Positions 48,462 through 57,729 of a DNA stretch of 64,000 bases are shown in pieces. The position numbers were made by a program, and so were the translations under genes. The stretch is from Vulcanimicrobiales bacterium (GTDB lineage: Bacteria > Vulcanimicrobiota > Vulcanimicrobiia > Vulcanimicrobiales > Vulcanimicrobiaceae): assembly GCA_038231455.1 (NCBI GenBank), contig JBBRLI010000001.1:192001-256000 (forward strand), in the 5' to 3' direction. The notes beneath the pieces were generated by a model. The model ran no database searches and was not told the DNA's origin. It saw only the letters and a program-made list of their open reading frames with translations. Position 1 is the first letter of the stretch; each line of letters begins with the position of its first letter.

Positions 48462-50132
48462 ATGATATTGCGACGTCTCGCGCCGCTCTTTCTCGTGGTT
48501 GCCGCGCTTTTTGCGCGTCCTGCCGACGCGCATCCGCTCGGCAACTTCACAATCAATCATCTCGTGCGCGTGACGGCAAATGCGAAGTCGTTGGATCTGC
48601 GTTACGTGGCTGACTTCGCCGAGATTCCGTCATACACGATCCTCCGCCAGATGGCGACATCAGCGAAACCGACGAAGACGCAGCTCGATTCGTGGGCGCG
48701 GACCGAAGCAGCGACGATTGCAAACGACTTGCATGCAAGCGCCGACGGAAAGACCCTCGCGCTTGCGCCGCGCACGGCTCAGGCGAGGACGAAGCCCGGC
48801 GCCGGTGGCCTTCTGACGATTCGACTGGTCGCCTCGTATGCCGGCGATGCTCCCGGTTCGATCGCGCATGTGGTCGTTCACGATGCAACGTACGCCAATC
48901 GTCTGGGCTGGAAAGACATGGTTCTTGCGCCGGCGACCGAGCCGACACAAGAACTTACCGTCTATCCGAACGCTCTGGTGGGGTCGCCACGCCAAACCAC
49001 GATGCTTGCCTTTACGATCGATGCGCGCGGCGTTGCGATTCGAACCGATGCGCCCCGCGCCGTCGAAGGGCAGACCGTAGCGTCGCCGGGTCTCGCGCGC
49101 AGCAATGCACTCTCCGATATGCTCGCCCATGGCGACGGTAGTTTGACGTTCTTTATCGGTGCGTTGCTTTTAGCGATCGGGCTCGGCGCACTGCACGCAC
49201 TCGAACCCGGCCACGGGAAAACGCTGCTTGCGGTTTCGCTGGTCGGCGCGCGTGCGACGATGCAACAAGCAGCAATTCTTGCCGGGGCCTTGACCGTGGC
49301 GCATACGGCGGGCGTACTCGCGCTCGGTGTTGTCGTCCTGTACGCCGCACGCTGGATTGTTCCCGAGCAGATTTACCCGTGGATAACCTTAGGATCGGGC
49401 GCCGTCGTTGCGTATCTCGGCGCGCAAGCCCTCGCACGATACGTTCGTGCTCGCCGTCCGGTCGCTCACGCACACGTCCACGATCATCGCGATGCACAGC
49501 CGCATGCTCACGAACACGCGCACGGGCTCGCGCTCGGCGATCACGACCACCAGCATGGCGAAGAAACGGACGCGGCGTTTGCGGCACGAATGTTCGCCCG
49601 GCATCGTCACGAGCACGACGCAAATCTTCCGCACGCGCACGACGCGGCGCCCCACTCGCACGAGGGCCTCGACGATGAAGCGCACGCGCTTGCGCACCGC
49701 ATACCGGGAACGGCACCGCTGAAATTCCGCACCGCCGTCTTCGCGGCGATGAGCGGCGGAATCGCTCCCTGCCCGGCAGCGCTCGTCGTCTTGCTCGCAG
49801 CAATCCAACTCAAAGAGATCGGCCTGGGTTTGATTCTCATCGTCGCATTCAGCTTCGGACTCGCTGCCGTCCTCACGGGCCTTGGCATCGCCGTCGTTCG
49901 CAGTGCATCGTGGCTTGGCAAGCAGAAACGCTTCGAACTTTTCACGCGCTACGCGCCGCTCGTGTCGGCGTGCGTCATCGCGTTCATTGGATCGGCGCTC
50001 GTCGCGCAGGGTCTCGTCGATCAAGGCGTGCCGCTCCCGCTCATGGCGATCGCCGCGCTCACCCTGCTTGCCATTGCCGGTTACGCCTTCGCCCCGCGCC
50101 ACGCCCACCGCACAAAGTCGGTGGCGGCATGA
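48462..50132 (+). CDS. Ni/Co transporter (RcnA/HoxN-like) fused to an exported N-terminal domain, with a His-rich loop
   Basis: Signal peptide then HPLGNFTINH; GALHALEPGHGK, AHTAGV, long His-rich loop, GIAPCPAALVV. Confidence 0.88.
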   Translation: MILRRLAPLFLVVAALFARPADAHPLGNFTINHLVRVTANAKSLDLRYVADFAEIPSYTILRQMATSAKPTKTQLDSWARTEAATIANDLHASADGKTLALAPRTAQARTKPGAGGLLTIRLVASYAGDAPGSIAHVVVHDATYANRLGWKDMVLAPATEPTQELTVYPNALVGSPRQTTMLAFTIDARGVAIRTDAPRAVEGQTVASPGLARSNALSDMLAHGDGSLTFFIGALLLAIGLGALHALEPGHGKTLLAVSLVGARATMQQAAILAGALTVAHTAGVLALGVVVLYAARWIVPEQIYPWITLGSGAVVAYLGAQALARYVRARRPVAHAHVHDHRDAQPHAHEHAHGLALGDHDHQHGEETDAAFAARMFARHRHEHDANLPHAHDAAPHSHEGLDDEAHALAHRIPGTAPLKFRTAVFAAMSGGIAPCPAALVVLLAAIQLKEIGLGLILIVAFSFGLAAVLTGLGIAVVRSASWLGKQKRFELFTRYAPLVSACVIAFIGSALVAQGLVDQGVPLPLMAIAALTLLAIAGYAFAPRHAHRTKSVAA

Positions 50133-50941
50133 TGCTCGTCGGCGGCGCGTTCACCGTCTTCGTGCTCGGACTACGGCACGGCGCCGATCCCGATCATCTC
50201 GCGGCAATCGACAATGTTACGCGCAATTCGTACGAGCGCTCACCACGTCTTAGCCGCTTCGTCGGCACGCTTTTCGCCGGGGGCCATACCGTTATGGTGA
50301 TGGCAATCTCCGTTCTCGTCGGCTTACTTGGGACGCGTTTTGCCGAGCACGGTGCGATTATCGAACGAGTTGGCACGTATCTCTCCATCGCCGTCCTCGT
50401 CGCGCTGGCCGCGGCCAACATTCGCTCGCTACGACGCGGCGGCACGGGCCTCGTCAGTCTGAAGTCCCGCCTCTTGCCAAAGCAGCTGCGCGAGGGTTCG
50501 AGCGCGCTGCTCGCGATTCCAATCGGACTGCTCTTCGGATTCGGCTTCGAGACCTCAAGCCAAATCGCGACGTACGCCGTTGCCTTCGCGAGCACGTCGG
50601 GCGTGTTCGGCGCGGTGATCGTCGGTGCGATGTTTTGTCTTGGCATGATCGTTACCGACACGCTGGATAGCGTGCTCGTGCACCGGCTCGTTTCCTACCG
50701 GCGGGAAACACTCCCGCGCGTGATGCGGACCTGGATCTGGTCTGTCACGCTCGTCGCGCTCACGGTCGCGGCATATGAATTCGCGCAAGTCCTGGGTTGG
50801 CGGTCGCCGCTCTCGGATATGGCGTTTAGTGCGATGCTCGTCATCGCACTGGTTACGGTTTTCGTCTACGTGTTCGTCAAGACACGCAGCGTCACCGAAT
50901 CCGTCACCATGGCACCCCCCACAGGAGAGGTCATTCCATGA
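50129..50941 (+). CDS. NiCoT family (HoxN/HupN/NixA-like) transporter
   Basis: GLRHGADPDHLAAID, FAGGHT, LFGFGFETSSQ; ATGA overlap with the upstream stop. Confidence 0.9.
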   Translation: MMLVGGAFTVFVLGLRHGADPDHLAAIDNVTRNSYERSPRLSRFVGTLFAGGHTVMVMAISVLVGLLGTRFAEHGAIIERVGTYLSIAVLVALAAANIRSLRRGGTGLVSLKSRLLPKQLREGSSALLAIPIGLLFGFGFETSSQIATYAVAFASTSGVFGAVIVGAMFCLGMIVTDTLDSVLVHRLVSYRRETLPRVMRTWIWSVTLVALTVAAYEFAQVLGWRSPLSDMAFSAMLVIALVTVFVYVFVKTRSVTESVTMAPPTGEVIP

Positions 50942-51711
50942 AATTCCAACGCCTGCTCGGATCGGCCGCGGCTATCGCCGTCGTCGCTTCCGCAGCACTC
51001 ATCTACAACGTGTTCCCGGCTCACGGCTCGGATCACCAAGATGCCCCAACGCTCATCGCGCATCCGGCGGCAGACATCACCGATGTCTTTGTCTTCCCGA
51101 GCCCCGCGAACGCAGCGAACGTCGTCCTTGCGATGGACACGCATCCGCTCATCCCCAAAGGAATGGGCGCGCAGACTTATTTTGACCCGCAGGTCATGTA
51201 TCAATTTAAGATCTCGCACGCCGCATCGGGCGTCGAAGATCAGGTCATCCAGTTCAAAGTGAACGGTTCGGATCAAAACCAGACGATCACCGTTTACGGT
51301 CCGGGCGCACCAAATGCAAGCGGCGTCAATTCGACGTTCTTGCCGACCGCGGCCGGTACCGTGACGTACAACCAAAGCGCAACGCTTCCCAATGGCATCC
51401 AAGTCTTTGCGGGACCGCGCTCAGACCCGTTCTACTTCGACCTCTTCCAGTTTTTCAAAATCATCCCGGATCGCAATCAGGCAAACCAGCCGAACCCGCC
51501 CGCTGCGACGGCAGGATCGTTTAACGGATTCACCACCGCCTTCAATCAGGCGAACAGCTCGAGCTGCTCGACCGCTCAAGCCGTCGACGCACTCTCATCG
51601 AACAACTTCAATGTGCTTTCGCTCGTTGTCGAAGTTCCGAAAGCCCTGCTCACAACGTCGTCACCCGTGATTCACGTGTACGCGACGACCAGCACGCAGT
51701 CCGGTACGTAG
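50938..51711 (+). CDS. DUF4331-like exported protein (N-terminal half)
   Basis: Signal peptide, SDHQDAP...ADITDVFVF, VFAGPRSDPFYFD, FNVLSLVVEVP. Confidence 0.8.
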   Translation: MKFQRLLGSAAAIAVVASAALIYNVFPAHGSDHQDAPTLIAHPAADITDVFVFPSPANAANVVLAMDTHPLIPKGMGAQTYFDPQVMYQFKISHAASGVEDQVIQFKVNGSDQNQTITVYGPGAPNASGVNSTFLPTAAGTVTYNQSATLPNGIQVFAGPRSDPFYFDLFQFFKIIPDRNQANQPNPPAATAGSFNGFTTAFNQANSSSCSTAQAVDALSSNNFNVLSLVVEVPKALLTTSSPVIHVYATTSTQSGT

Positions 51712-51723
51712 GAGAACACCAAC

Positions 51724-52353
51724 ATGCAAGACTTCATCAAGTCCTTCGCCGGAACGATCGCAGCAGTCGCCGGTATCGCCGGCCTGGCAAGTTGCGGCGG
51801 CGGCAGCTCCACCTCACTCCCGCCAGCGCCGAACCAATACGTTCAGATCGAGCGCCTCGCGCGCCCGGCCGTTAAAGAACTGTTCCAAAACTATCAGGCT
51901 CATGATTCTACCAACCGCGCGACTCCGTACAGCGATCCCACGCTCCCGGCCGCGATCAACAGCTTCATGACCGGCGTTGCCGGCCGCTCGCCCGCAATCG
52001 CAAACGCCGTGCAAGGCGTGCTCATCCCCGATGAAATCGCAGCAGATCTCTCGCAAAGCGCGACCTCGGCGGCGTACCTCGGTGTCGAAACCGGCGGCGC
52101 GACGGGTAATAAGTTCGGCGGACGCGATCTGCTCTCGCCCGTCATCGACATCTCGCTCGGCGTCGTGTTCGGCAAAACCGTTCCCGCGCTCTTCTCGACC
52201 ATCCCAGATGACAAAAAAGAAAGCCCCTGCCTAACGACGCAAAACGTGCCTTTGACGGTGCCCGGTGGCAACGCCCAATACACGTCGGCCGCACAAATCG
52301 GTGCGGCGAATAACGAGACGGCAACGTTCCCGTATCTCGGGACGCCGCACTAA
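51724..52353 (+). CDS. DUF4331-like lipoprotein (C-terminal half)
   Basis: Lipobox LASC; QIERLARPAVKE, GGRDL...VIDISL, C-terminal FPYLGTPH. Confidence 0.78.
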   Translation: MQDFIKSFAGTIAAVAGIAGLASCGGGSSTSLPPAPNQYVQIERLARPAVKELFQNYQAHDSTNRATPYSDPTLPAAINSFMTGVAGRSPAIANAVQGVLIPDEIAADLSQSATSAAYLGVETGGATGNKFGGRDLLSPVIDISLGVVFGKTVPALFSTIPDDKKESPCLTTQNVPLTVPGGNAQYTSAAQIGAANNETATFPYLGTPH

Positions 52354-52358
52354 CTCTC

Positions 52359-53684
52359 GTGCGACCTCAGACCCTGTGGGCAGTGGCAGCGAGCGCGGTA
52401 ATCGCGCTCGCTGCCTGGCCCGCCTTCGTCAAAGTCAGTGCGGCCCACGCGATGGCACCCGCATCGACGGCGACGCCGGCGCCGCCCAATCGCGACGATC
52501 TGCGCCGCGATGCCATCGTCTCCGCACTCGAAGCGCAACTGAAAAAGAATGGGCCGAATTTCCTTGTGCCCCGTCTTCTTTCCGCGCAATACTTGCAGCG
52601 ATACCGCGAGCGCGGCGACATCGACGATGTTCTACGCGCGCAGCACGTCGCCCAACTTTCTCTCACCGCGCAAACGCGCGGTAACATCGCAGGCGATCTC
52701 TCGATGGCAAGCGCCCTGCTGACGCTTCACCGATTTAAAGAAGCTCGCGGCTATGTCGATACGGCGGTTCGATCCGCCCCAAGCGAAGACGCTTTCGTTG
52801 CGGAGGAAGCCTCGCTCGACCTCGAGACCGGTGCGTACGAACGCGCCAAACGCGAACTCGCGCGCATTTCGCCGCGCGGCGCGAGTTCCGAACCCGTCAA
52901 AACGATTCAGTCGCGATACGACGAGCTAACCGGCAGCCTCGATGAGGCGCGACGTTTGCTCGCAAGCGTGACGACAACGATGGATACGTACTACGATCTC
53001 TCCGCCGAACGACGTGCCTGGTTCCACATGCGCTTAGGTGAAATGGCCTTCACGGCCGGTGATGTCGATGAAGCGGTCAAAGACGAACGCGACGCACTTG
53101 CCATTTTTCCAAACGACAGTCGGGCATTCAATGCGCTTGCACGGATCGAACTTGCTCGTCACCACGATAAAGACGCGCTCGACGCCGCGACGCGCGGTGC
53201 GGCGATCCTCCCGCTGCCGGAGACACTCGGCTACCAATCGGACGCCCAACGCGCACTTGGCGATGCGGCATCCGCCGACCGTGCGCGCGATGAGATCGAA
53301 GCAATCGAGAAAATCGGCAACGCGCAGCGCGTGAACGACCGGCTCCTAGCCATCTATTATGACGAACACGATCTGAAACTCGATGATGCCTATGCGATCG
53401 CCAAGCGCGAAATCGCGGTCCGTGACGACGTTTTCGCGGAAGACACCCTTGCCTGGGCGGCGGCGAAAATCGGCAAGTGGGACGAAGCCTTGGGATTGAT
53501 TCGCAAGGCGCGCCGATACGGGACCCAAGATTCGCGAATGTTGTATCATGCCGGCGTGATCGAAGAGCACTTCGGGAATTCTAGCGCCGCGAAGTCTGCA
53601 TTCACACGCGCCATCGCCCTCAACGCGTCGTTTCATCCGACGTACGCCGACGACGCGCGCAAGCGCTTACAGACGCTCCTTTAA
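52359..53684 (+). CDS. Exported or anchored TPR protein
   Basis: N-terminal hydrophobic segment, multiple TPRs, R.DVFAEDTLAWA, LYHAGVI. Confidence 0.85.
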   Translation: MRPQTLWAVAASAVIALAAWPAFVKVSAAHAMAPASTATPAPPNRDDLRRDAIVSALEAQLKKNGPNFLVPRLLSAQYLQRYRERGDIDDVLRAQHVAQLSLTAQTRGNIAGDLSMASALLTLHRFKEARGYVDTAVRSAPSEDAFVAEEASLDLETGAYERAKRELARISPRGASSEPVKTIQSRYDELTGSLDEARRLLASVTTTMDTYYDLSAERRAWFHMRLGEMAFTAGDVDEAVKDERDALAIFPNDSRAFNALARIELARHHDKDALDAATRGAAILPLPETLGYQSDAQRALGDAASADRARDEIEAIEKIGNAQRVNDRLLAIYYDEHDLKLDDAYAIAKREIAVRDDVFAEDTLAWAAAKIGKWDEALGLIRKARRYGTQDSRMLYHAGVIEEHFGNSSAAKSAFTRAIALNASFHPTYADDARKRLQTLL

Positions 53685-53686
53685 AA

Positions 53687-53702
53687 TGTCTACAACGTAG
53701 AC
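53687..53702. promoter_or_regulatory. Palindromic site TGTCTAC-N3-GTAGAC (copy 2)
   Basis: Same arms as 48412-48428; lies upstream of the TonB-dependent receptor. Confidence 0.7.
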
Positions 53703-53773
53703 GATCCAGCTCGATTCGGACCGCGTTTTGCGTGGTAGGGTGGTCACACCGCACCGGGCCGAAGGATAGAATC

Positions 53774-56257
53774 TTGCGTTGTTTTCGAGTTGTGCTGCCA
53801 GTGACCGCATTCGTGATCTTGCTGTCCTCCTGCTTACCGGCGCGCGCGCAAAGTCGTCCCGGTGCCGAAACGGCTCCCAGCGCGCGAATGACTGCGACGG
53901 GTTCCATTTACGGGGTCGTCTCCGGACCCGATGGCTTCGAGCTTTTCGGCGCAACGGTCACGCTATCCGGGACCCCGACGCGAATTACGACGACCGACGC
54001 TAGTGGTGCCTTTCGTTTCGACGACGTTGAGGCAGGTCCGCACCGCTTTCGTGTAACCCTCTCCGGGTACGGCGATGCACGTGAAGACGCAATTGCGATC
54101 GACGATCGCGCGGTAACCGTTCGTCTCTACCCGGCAATCGTCGGAGAGTCCCCGAAAAACGACTGCAAGTCGGGAGTCGTGCGAGCGAAATCGTCGCCAT
54201 GTTCGTCGCCGGATCTGAAGACAATCGGACGTGTGCAGGCCCGCGGTCGTGCGGAAAATCTCATCGGCACGGCGACTTCCGCGGCCGAAGGGTTTGTGGG
54301 ACACGCCGAACTAGAGAAGCGACCGATCCTGCGTCCAGGCGAACTGCTAGAAACCGTTCCCGGTGTGGTCATCTCGCAACACTCCGGCGAAGGCAAAGCG
54401 AACCAGTACTATTTACGAGGATTCAATCTCGATCACGGCACCGACATCGCGGTTACGGTCGGTGGTGTCCCAGCGAATATGCGCACCCATGCGCACGGTC
54501 AAGGCTATTCCGACATCAACTGGCTGATCCCTGAGACGGTCAACTATGTGAATTATCGCAAGGGTACCTATAACGCAGACCAGGGCGACTTCTCAACTGC
54601 TGGGGCCGTCAACATGGCGTATTTTAATACGTTACCGCAGAGTATTCTCACCGTGGTGGGCGGACCGTACGGACAAGCGCGCTTCCTGCTCGCTGAGTCT
54701 CCCGCGGTTGCTAAGGACATGCATCTGCTTTACGCCCTCGAATACGCTCACGAAGACAATACGGCACTCGACAAGGACAACTATCGCAAGTACAACGCGC
54801 TCGTGCGCCTGAGCCGTCAGTCCGGAAATTCGTTCTTCGATATAACCGCGCAGGCGTACGATGCAACCTGGAATTCTTCCGACCAAATTCCGTTACGAGC
54901 GGTCCAGCGAGGTGACATAAGCCGCTTTGGACAGATCGACCCAACCGACGGTGGCCGAACGCACCGCTATGTACTATCGACGGACTACGCGCACAGCGAC
55001 GAACGTTCGTCGACACAATTTGTCGCGTACGCGCTCGACTATCGTCTGCGCCTTTTCTCCGACTTCACGTATTTCCTTAGCGATCCGGCCAATAAGGATC
55101 AATTCGAACAGACGGACCAGCGGCTCGTACTCGGAGTCAACGCAAGTCATACGCTACACACCCGTTCCGCCGGCGATTACACCGTCGGCTATCAAATGCG
55201 CAACGACAACATCACCCCGGTATCGCTCTATGCGACTGCCGCGCAGCGTATTCTCAGTACGACGCGTATCGATCGCGTGCTCGAGACAAGCAATGCGCTC
55301 TACGTACAAGCCGACCGTCATTTCTCGAGCAAACTTCGCTTCACCGCTGGACTTCGCGGAGATCTTTACGCGTTCAAAGTCAAGGATTTGCGCCCCGAAA
55401 ATTCGGGCACGACGACGGCCGGAATTATCAGTCCCAAAGCCGCTCTCGCTTATACGGTGAGCCCGAAAACGGAATTTTACGCGGATTTTGGCACCGGGTT
55501 TCATAGTAACGACGCACGCGGAGTTACCGAGCACGTCGATCCGGGAACGGGCCTGAGGACCGACCCGGGCACCGGTCAAATCGTTCAGGGCGCAACCCCG
55601 CTTGTTCGCGCGGTCGGATCGGAGGTCGGCGCGCGCTTTCTGTTCGGGAACGGACTCCGGACGACCGTCTCCCTTTGGAATCTCTTGCTCGGATCCGAAC
55701 TCGTTTTTCAGGGCGATGCCGGAACCACCTCACCAGGACGCCCTAGTCATCGGTACGGCATCGAATTTGCAAACTTCTGGACGCTGAACAAGAATACAAC
55801 ACTCGATGTTGACTATTCGACATCGACTGCTAAGTTCACCGACTACGATCCGGTTGGCCAACATATTCCCGGGTCGGTCAAAGACGTGCTGACCTTTGGA
55901 ATCACGAAAGATGCGTACAAAGCCTTTGGCAGTCTGCGGCTGCGATACTTCGGGCCCCGTCCGCTCATCGAAGACGCAAGCGTCTCGTCAAATCCAACGA
56001 CCACCGTTAGCCTGCAAGCCGGCATCAAGCCCGCAAAAGGGATTAAACTGCAGCTGGACATCTTCAACTTGCTCAACGCCAAAACAAGCGACATCGATTA
56101 CTATTATAATTCCTCGATCCCAAGTGACCCCGCGTACACAAAGCCCGGCTACGCCGGAGCTTGCCCGATCGATCAATGCGGTGTCGGCGTGCCCGACGTG
56201 CACTTCCATCCGATCGAGCGACGCTTACTGCGCTTTACGCTCAGCAAGCAATTTTGA
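53774..56257 (+). CDS. TonB-dependent receptor with N-terminal carboxypeptidase-regulatory-like domain
   Basis: Plug RPGELLETVPG..ISQHSGEGKANQYYLRGFNLDHGTD, THAHGQGY, FHSNDAR, C-terminal Phe. TTG 53774 follows GAAGGA (start uncertain). Confidence 0.92.
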   Translation: MRCFRVVLPVTAFVILLSSCLPARAQSRPGAETAPSARMTATGSIYGVVSGPDGFELFGATVTLSGTPTRITTTDASGAFRFDDVEAGPHRFRVTLSGYGDAREDAIAIDDRAVTVRLYPAIVGESPKNDCKSGVVRAKSSPCSSPDLKTIGRVQARGRAENLIGTATSAAEGFVGHAELEKRPILRPGELLETVPGVVISQHSGEGKANQYYLRGFNLDHGTDIAVTVGGVPANMRTHAHGQGYSDINWLIPETVNYVNYRKGTYNADQGDFSTAGAVNMAYFNTLPQSILTVVGGPYGQARFLLAESPAVAKDMHLLYALEYAHEDNTALDKDNYRKYNALVRLSRQSGNSFFDITAQAYDATWNSSDQIPLRAVQRGDISRFGQIDPTDGGRTHRYVLSTDYAHSDERSSTQFVAYALDYRLRLFSDFTYFLSDPANKDQFEQTDQRLVLGVNASHTLHTRSAGDYTVGYQMRNDNITPVSLYATAAQRILSTTRIDRVLETSNALYVQADRHFSSKLRFTAGLRGDLYAFKVKDLRPENSGTTTAGIISPKAALAYTVSPKTEFYADFGTGFHSNDARGVTEHVDPGTGLRTDPGTGQIVQGATPLVRAVGSEVGARFLFGNGLRTTVSLWNLLLGSELVFQGDAGTTSPGRPSHRYGIEFANFWTLNKNTTLDVDYSTSTAKFTDYDPVGQHIPGSVKDVLTFGITKDAYKAFGSLRLRYFGPRPLIEDASVSSNPTTTVSLQAGIKPAKGIKLQLDIFNLLNAKTSDIDYYYNSSIPSDPAYTKPGYAGACPIDQCGVGVPDVHFHPIERRLLRFTLSKQF

Positions 56258-56322
56258 CGGAATCGGAGACCTCGAAGCGCCGATCGCATGCGACTGTTGA
56301 AGGCGCTTTCAACGCACGAGCG

Positions 56323-57384
56323 TTGCAGCGTGTCTTCGACGATAGCCCCAGTCACGTTCGAGCCAAGGTCATCACCCTCTACGCGCTTCTCGGTTCGGCG
56401 ACGGTCATCGCATGGGGACTCGCGTGGGCAGCGTTCGCGAACCGTCCGCTGCTCCTCGGAACCGCCCTTATCGCCTACACGTTCGGCTTACGCCATGCCG
56501 TCGATGCCGATCACATTTCGGCGATTGATAACGTCACGCGCAAGCTCATGCAAGATGGCAAACGTCCCGTCGCCGTCGGATTTTTCTTTTCTCTTGGCCA
56601 CTCGACGGTCGTCGTTGCACTAACGATCGCAATTGCCGTTGCGGCTGCTCTGATCAAAGAGACCATTCCCGGTTTGCAGACGGTCGGCGGGCTAATTGGA
56701 ACGTCTGTCTCGGCGATCTTTCTCTTTGCGATCGCGCTTTTGAACATCGTCATCTTTCTCGAGGTCTATAAAACGTTTCGTCGCGTTCGACGAGGCGAAC
56801 CTTATGACGAGCAGAGCGTCGAGACGTTTCTCAGTAACCGCGGGTTGATCGGGCGTTTTTTTAAGCCGCTCTTCAAATTCATCGGCAAGAGTTGGCACAT
56901 GTATCCGATGGGCGTTCTCTTCGGACTCGGCTTCGATACGGCATCGGAAGTCGGGCTACTCGGGATCGCCGCCGTTGAGGGCGGCAAAGGACTGCCCGTC
57001 TACGATATTCTCATCTTCCCGTTGCTCTTTACCGTCGGCATGTCGCTACTCGACACAACCGACGGCATTTTAATGCTGGGCGCGTACGGATGGGCATACG
57101 TCAAACCTGTGCGCAAACTGTACTACAATATGAACATCACGCTCGTTTCGATCGTCGTTGCGCTCCTGGTTGGATCGATCGAGGCACTCGGTGTGATTGC
57201 GGGTCAGCTGCACTTGAGCGGCCCGTTTTGGTCTCAGGTGAACGCGCTAACCGAGAATTTCGGGATGTTGGGCTTCCTCATCATCGGCGTCTTCTTGCTG
57301 AGTTGGGGAATCTCTACGATGGTCTATCGGATGCGAGGCTACGATCGCCTCGACGCAGCCGAAACACGCGCCGATTCATTATAA
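56323..57384 (+). CDS. High-affinity nickel permease (NixA/HoxN)
   Basis: Canonical RHAVDADHISAID, FFSLGHSTVV, LFGLGFDTASE, LLDTTDG. Start uncertain. Confidence 0.95.
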   Translation: MQRVFDDSPSHVRAKVITLYALLGSATVIAWGLAWAAFANRPLLLGTALIAYTFGLRHAVDADHISAIDNVTRKLMQDGKRPVAVGFFFSLGHSTVVVALTIAIAVAAALIKETIPGLQTVGGLIGTSVSAIFLFAIALLNIVIFLEVYKTFRRVRRGEPYDEQSVETFLSNRGLIGRFFKPLFKFIGKSWHMYPMGVLFGLGFDTASEVGLLGIAAVEGGKGLPVYDILIFPLLFTVGMSLLDTTDGILMLGAYGWAYVKPVRKLYYNMNITLVSIVVALLVGSIEALGVIAGQLHLSGPFWSQVNALTENFGMLGFLIIGVFLLSWGISTMVYRMRGYDRLDAAETRADSL

Positions 57385-57726
57385 TCAAACCTTCGCGTTG
57401 TCCGTTTCGCCCGCGATCCGGATGCCATCGGCCGCCAACCACTTCCACAAATGCTTGATGTACTCAGCGCCAAAAGTATCTTCGAGAGCGCGCAAATAAC
57501 TGTGGGCTGCGGAGGCGTCGTGCGCGAGCGTTTCGATGGATCGTCGATGGACGGCCATATAGCCCTCGCGTAGACGCAGGCCCCCATGAATCAACTCGAC
57601 AAGCACTTCGCTCGCAGATTTATGAGTATGTAGCATGAGCCGGGCTTCCAGCCACTCGTCGAGCGGCACGGGGAGCCGCGTCGATCGAACGGGACCCATC
57701 GTGCCGGAACCGCGGGTTCGTGCCAT
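57385..57726 (-). CDS. Hypothetical protein with a ribbon-helix-helix-like N-terminus
   Basis: VRSTRLP.PLDEWLEAR...KSASEVLVELIHGGL has a beta-helix-helix pattern; starts 3 nt after the His-rich peptide. Confidence 0.55.
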   Translation of the reverse strand: MARTRGSGTMGPVRSTRLPVPLDEWLEARLMLHTHKSASEVLVELIHGGLRLREGYMAVHRRSIETLAHDASAAHSYLRALEDTFGAEYIKHLWKWLAADGIRIAGETDNAKV

Positions 57727-57729
57727 GCC

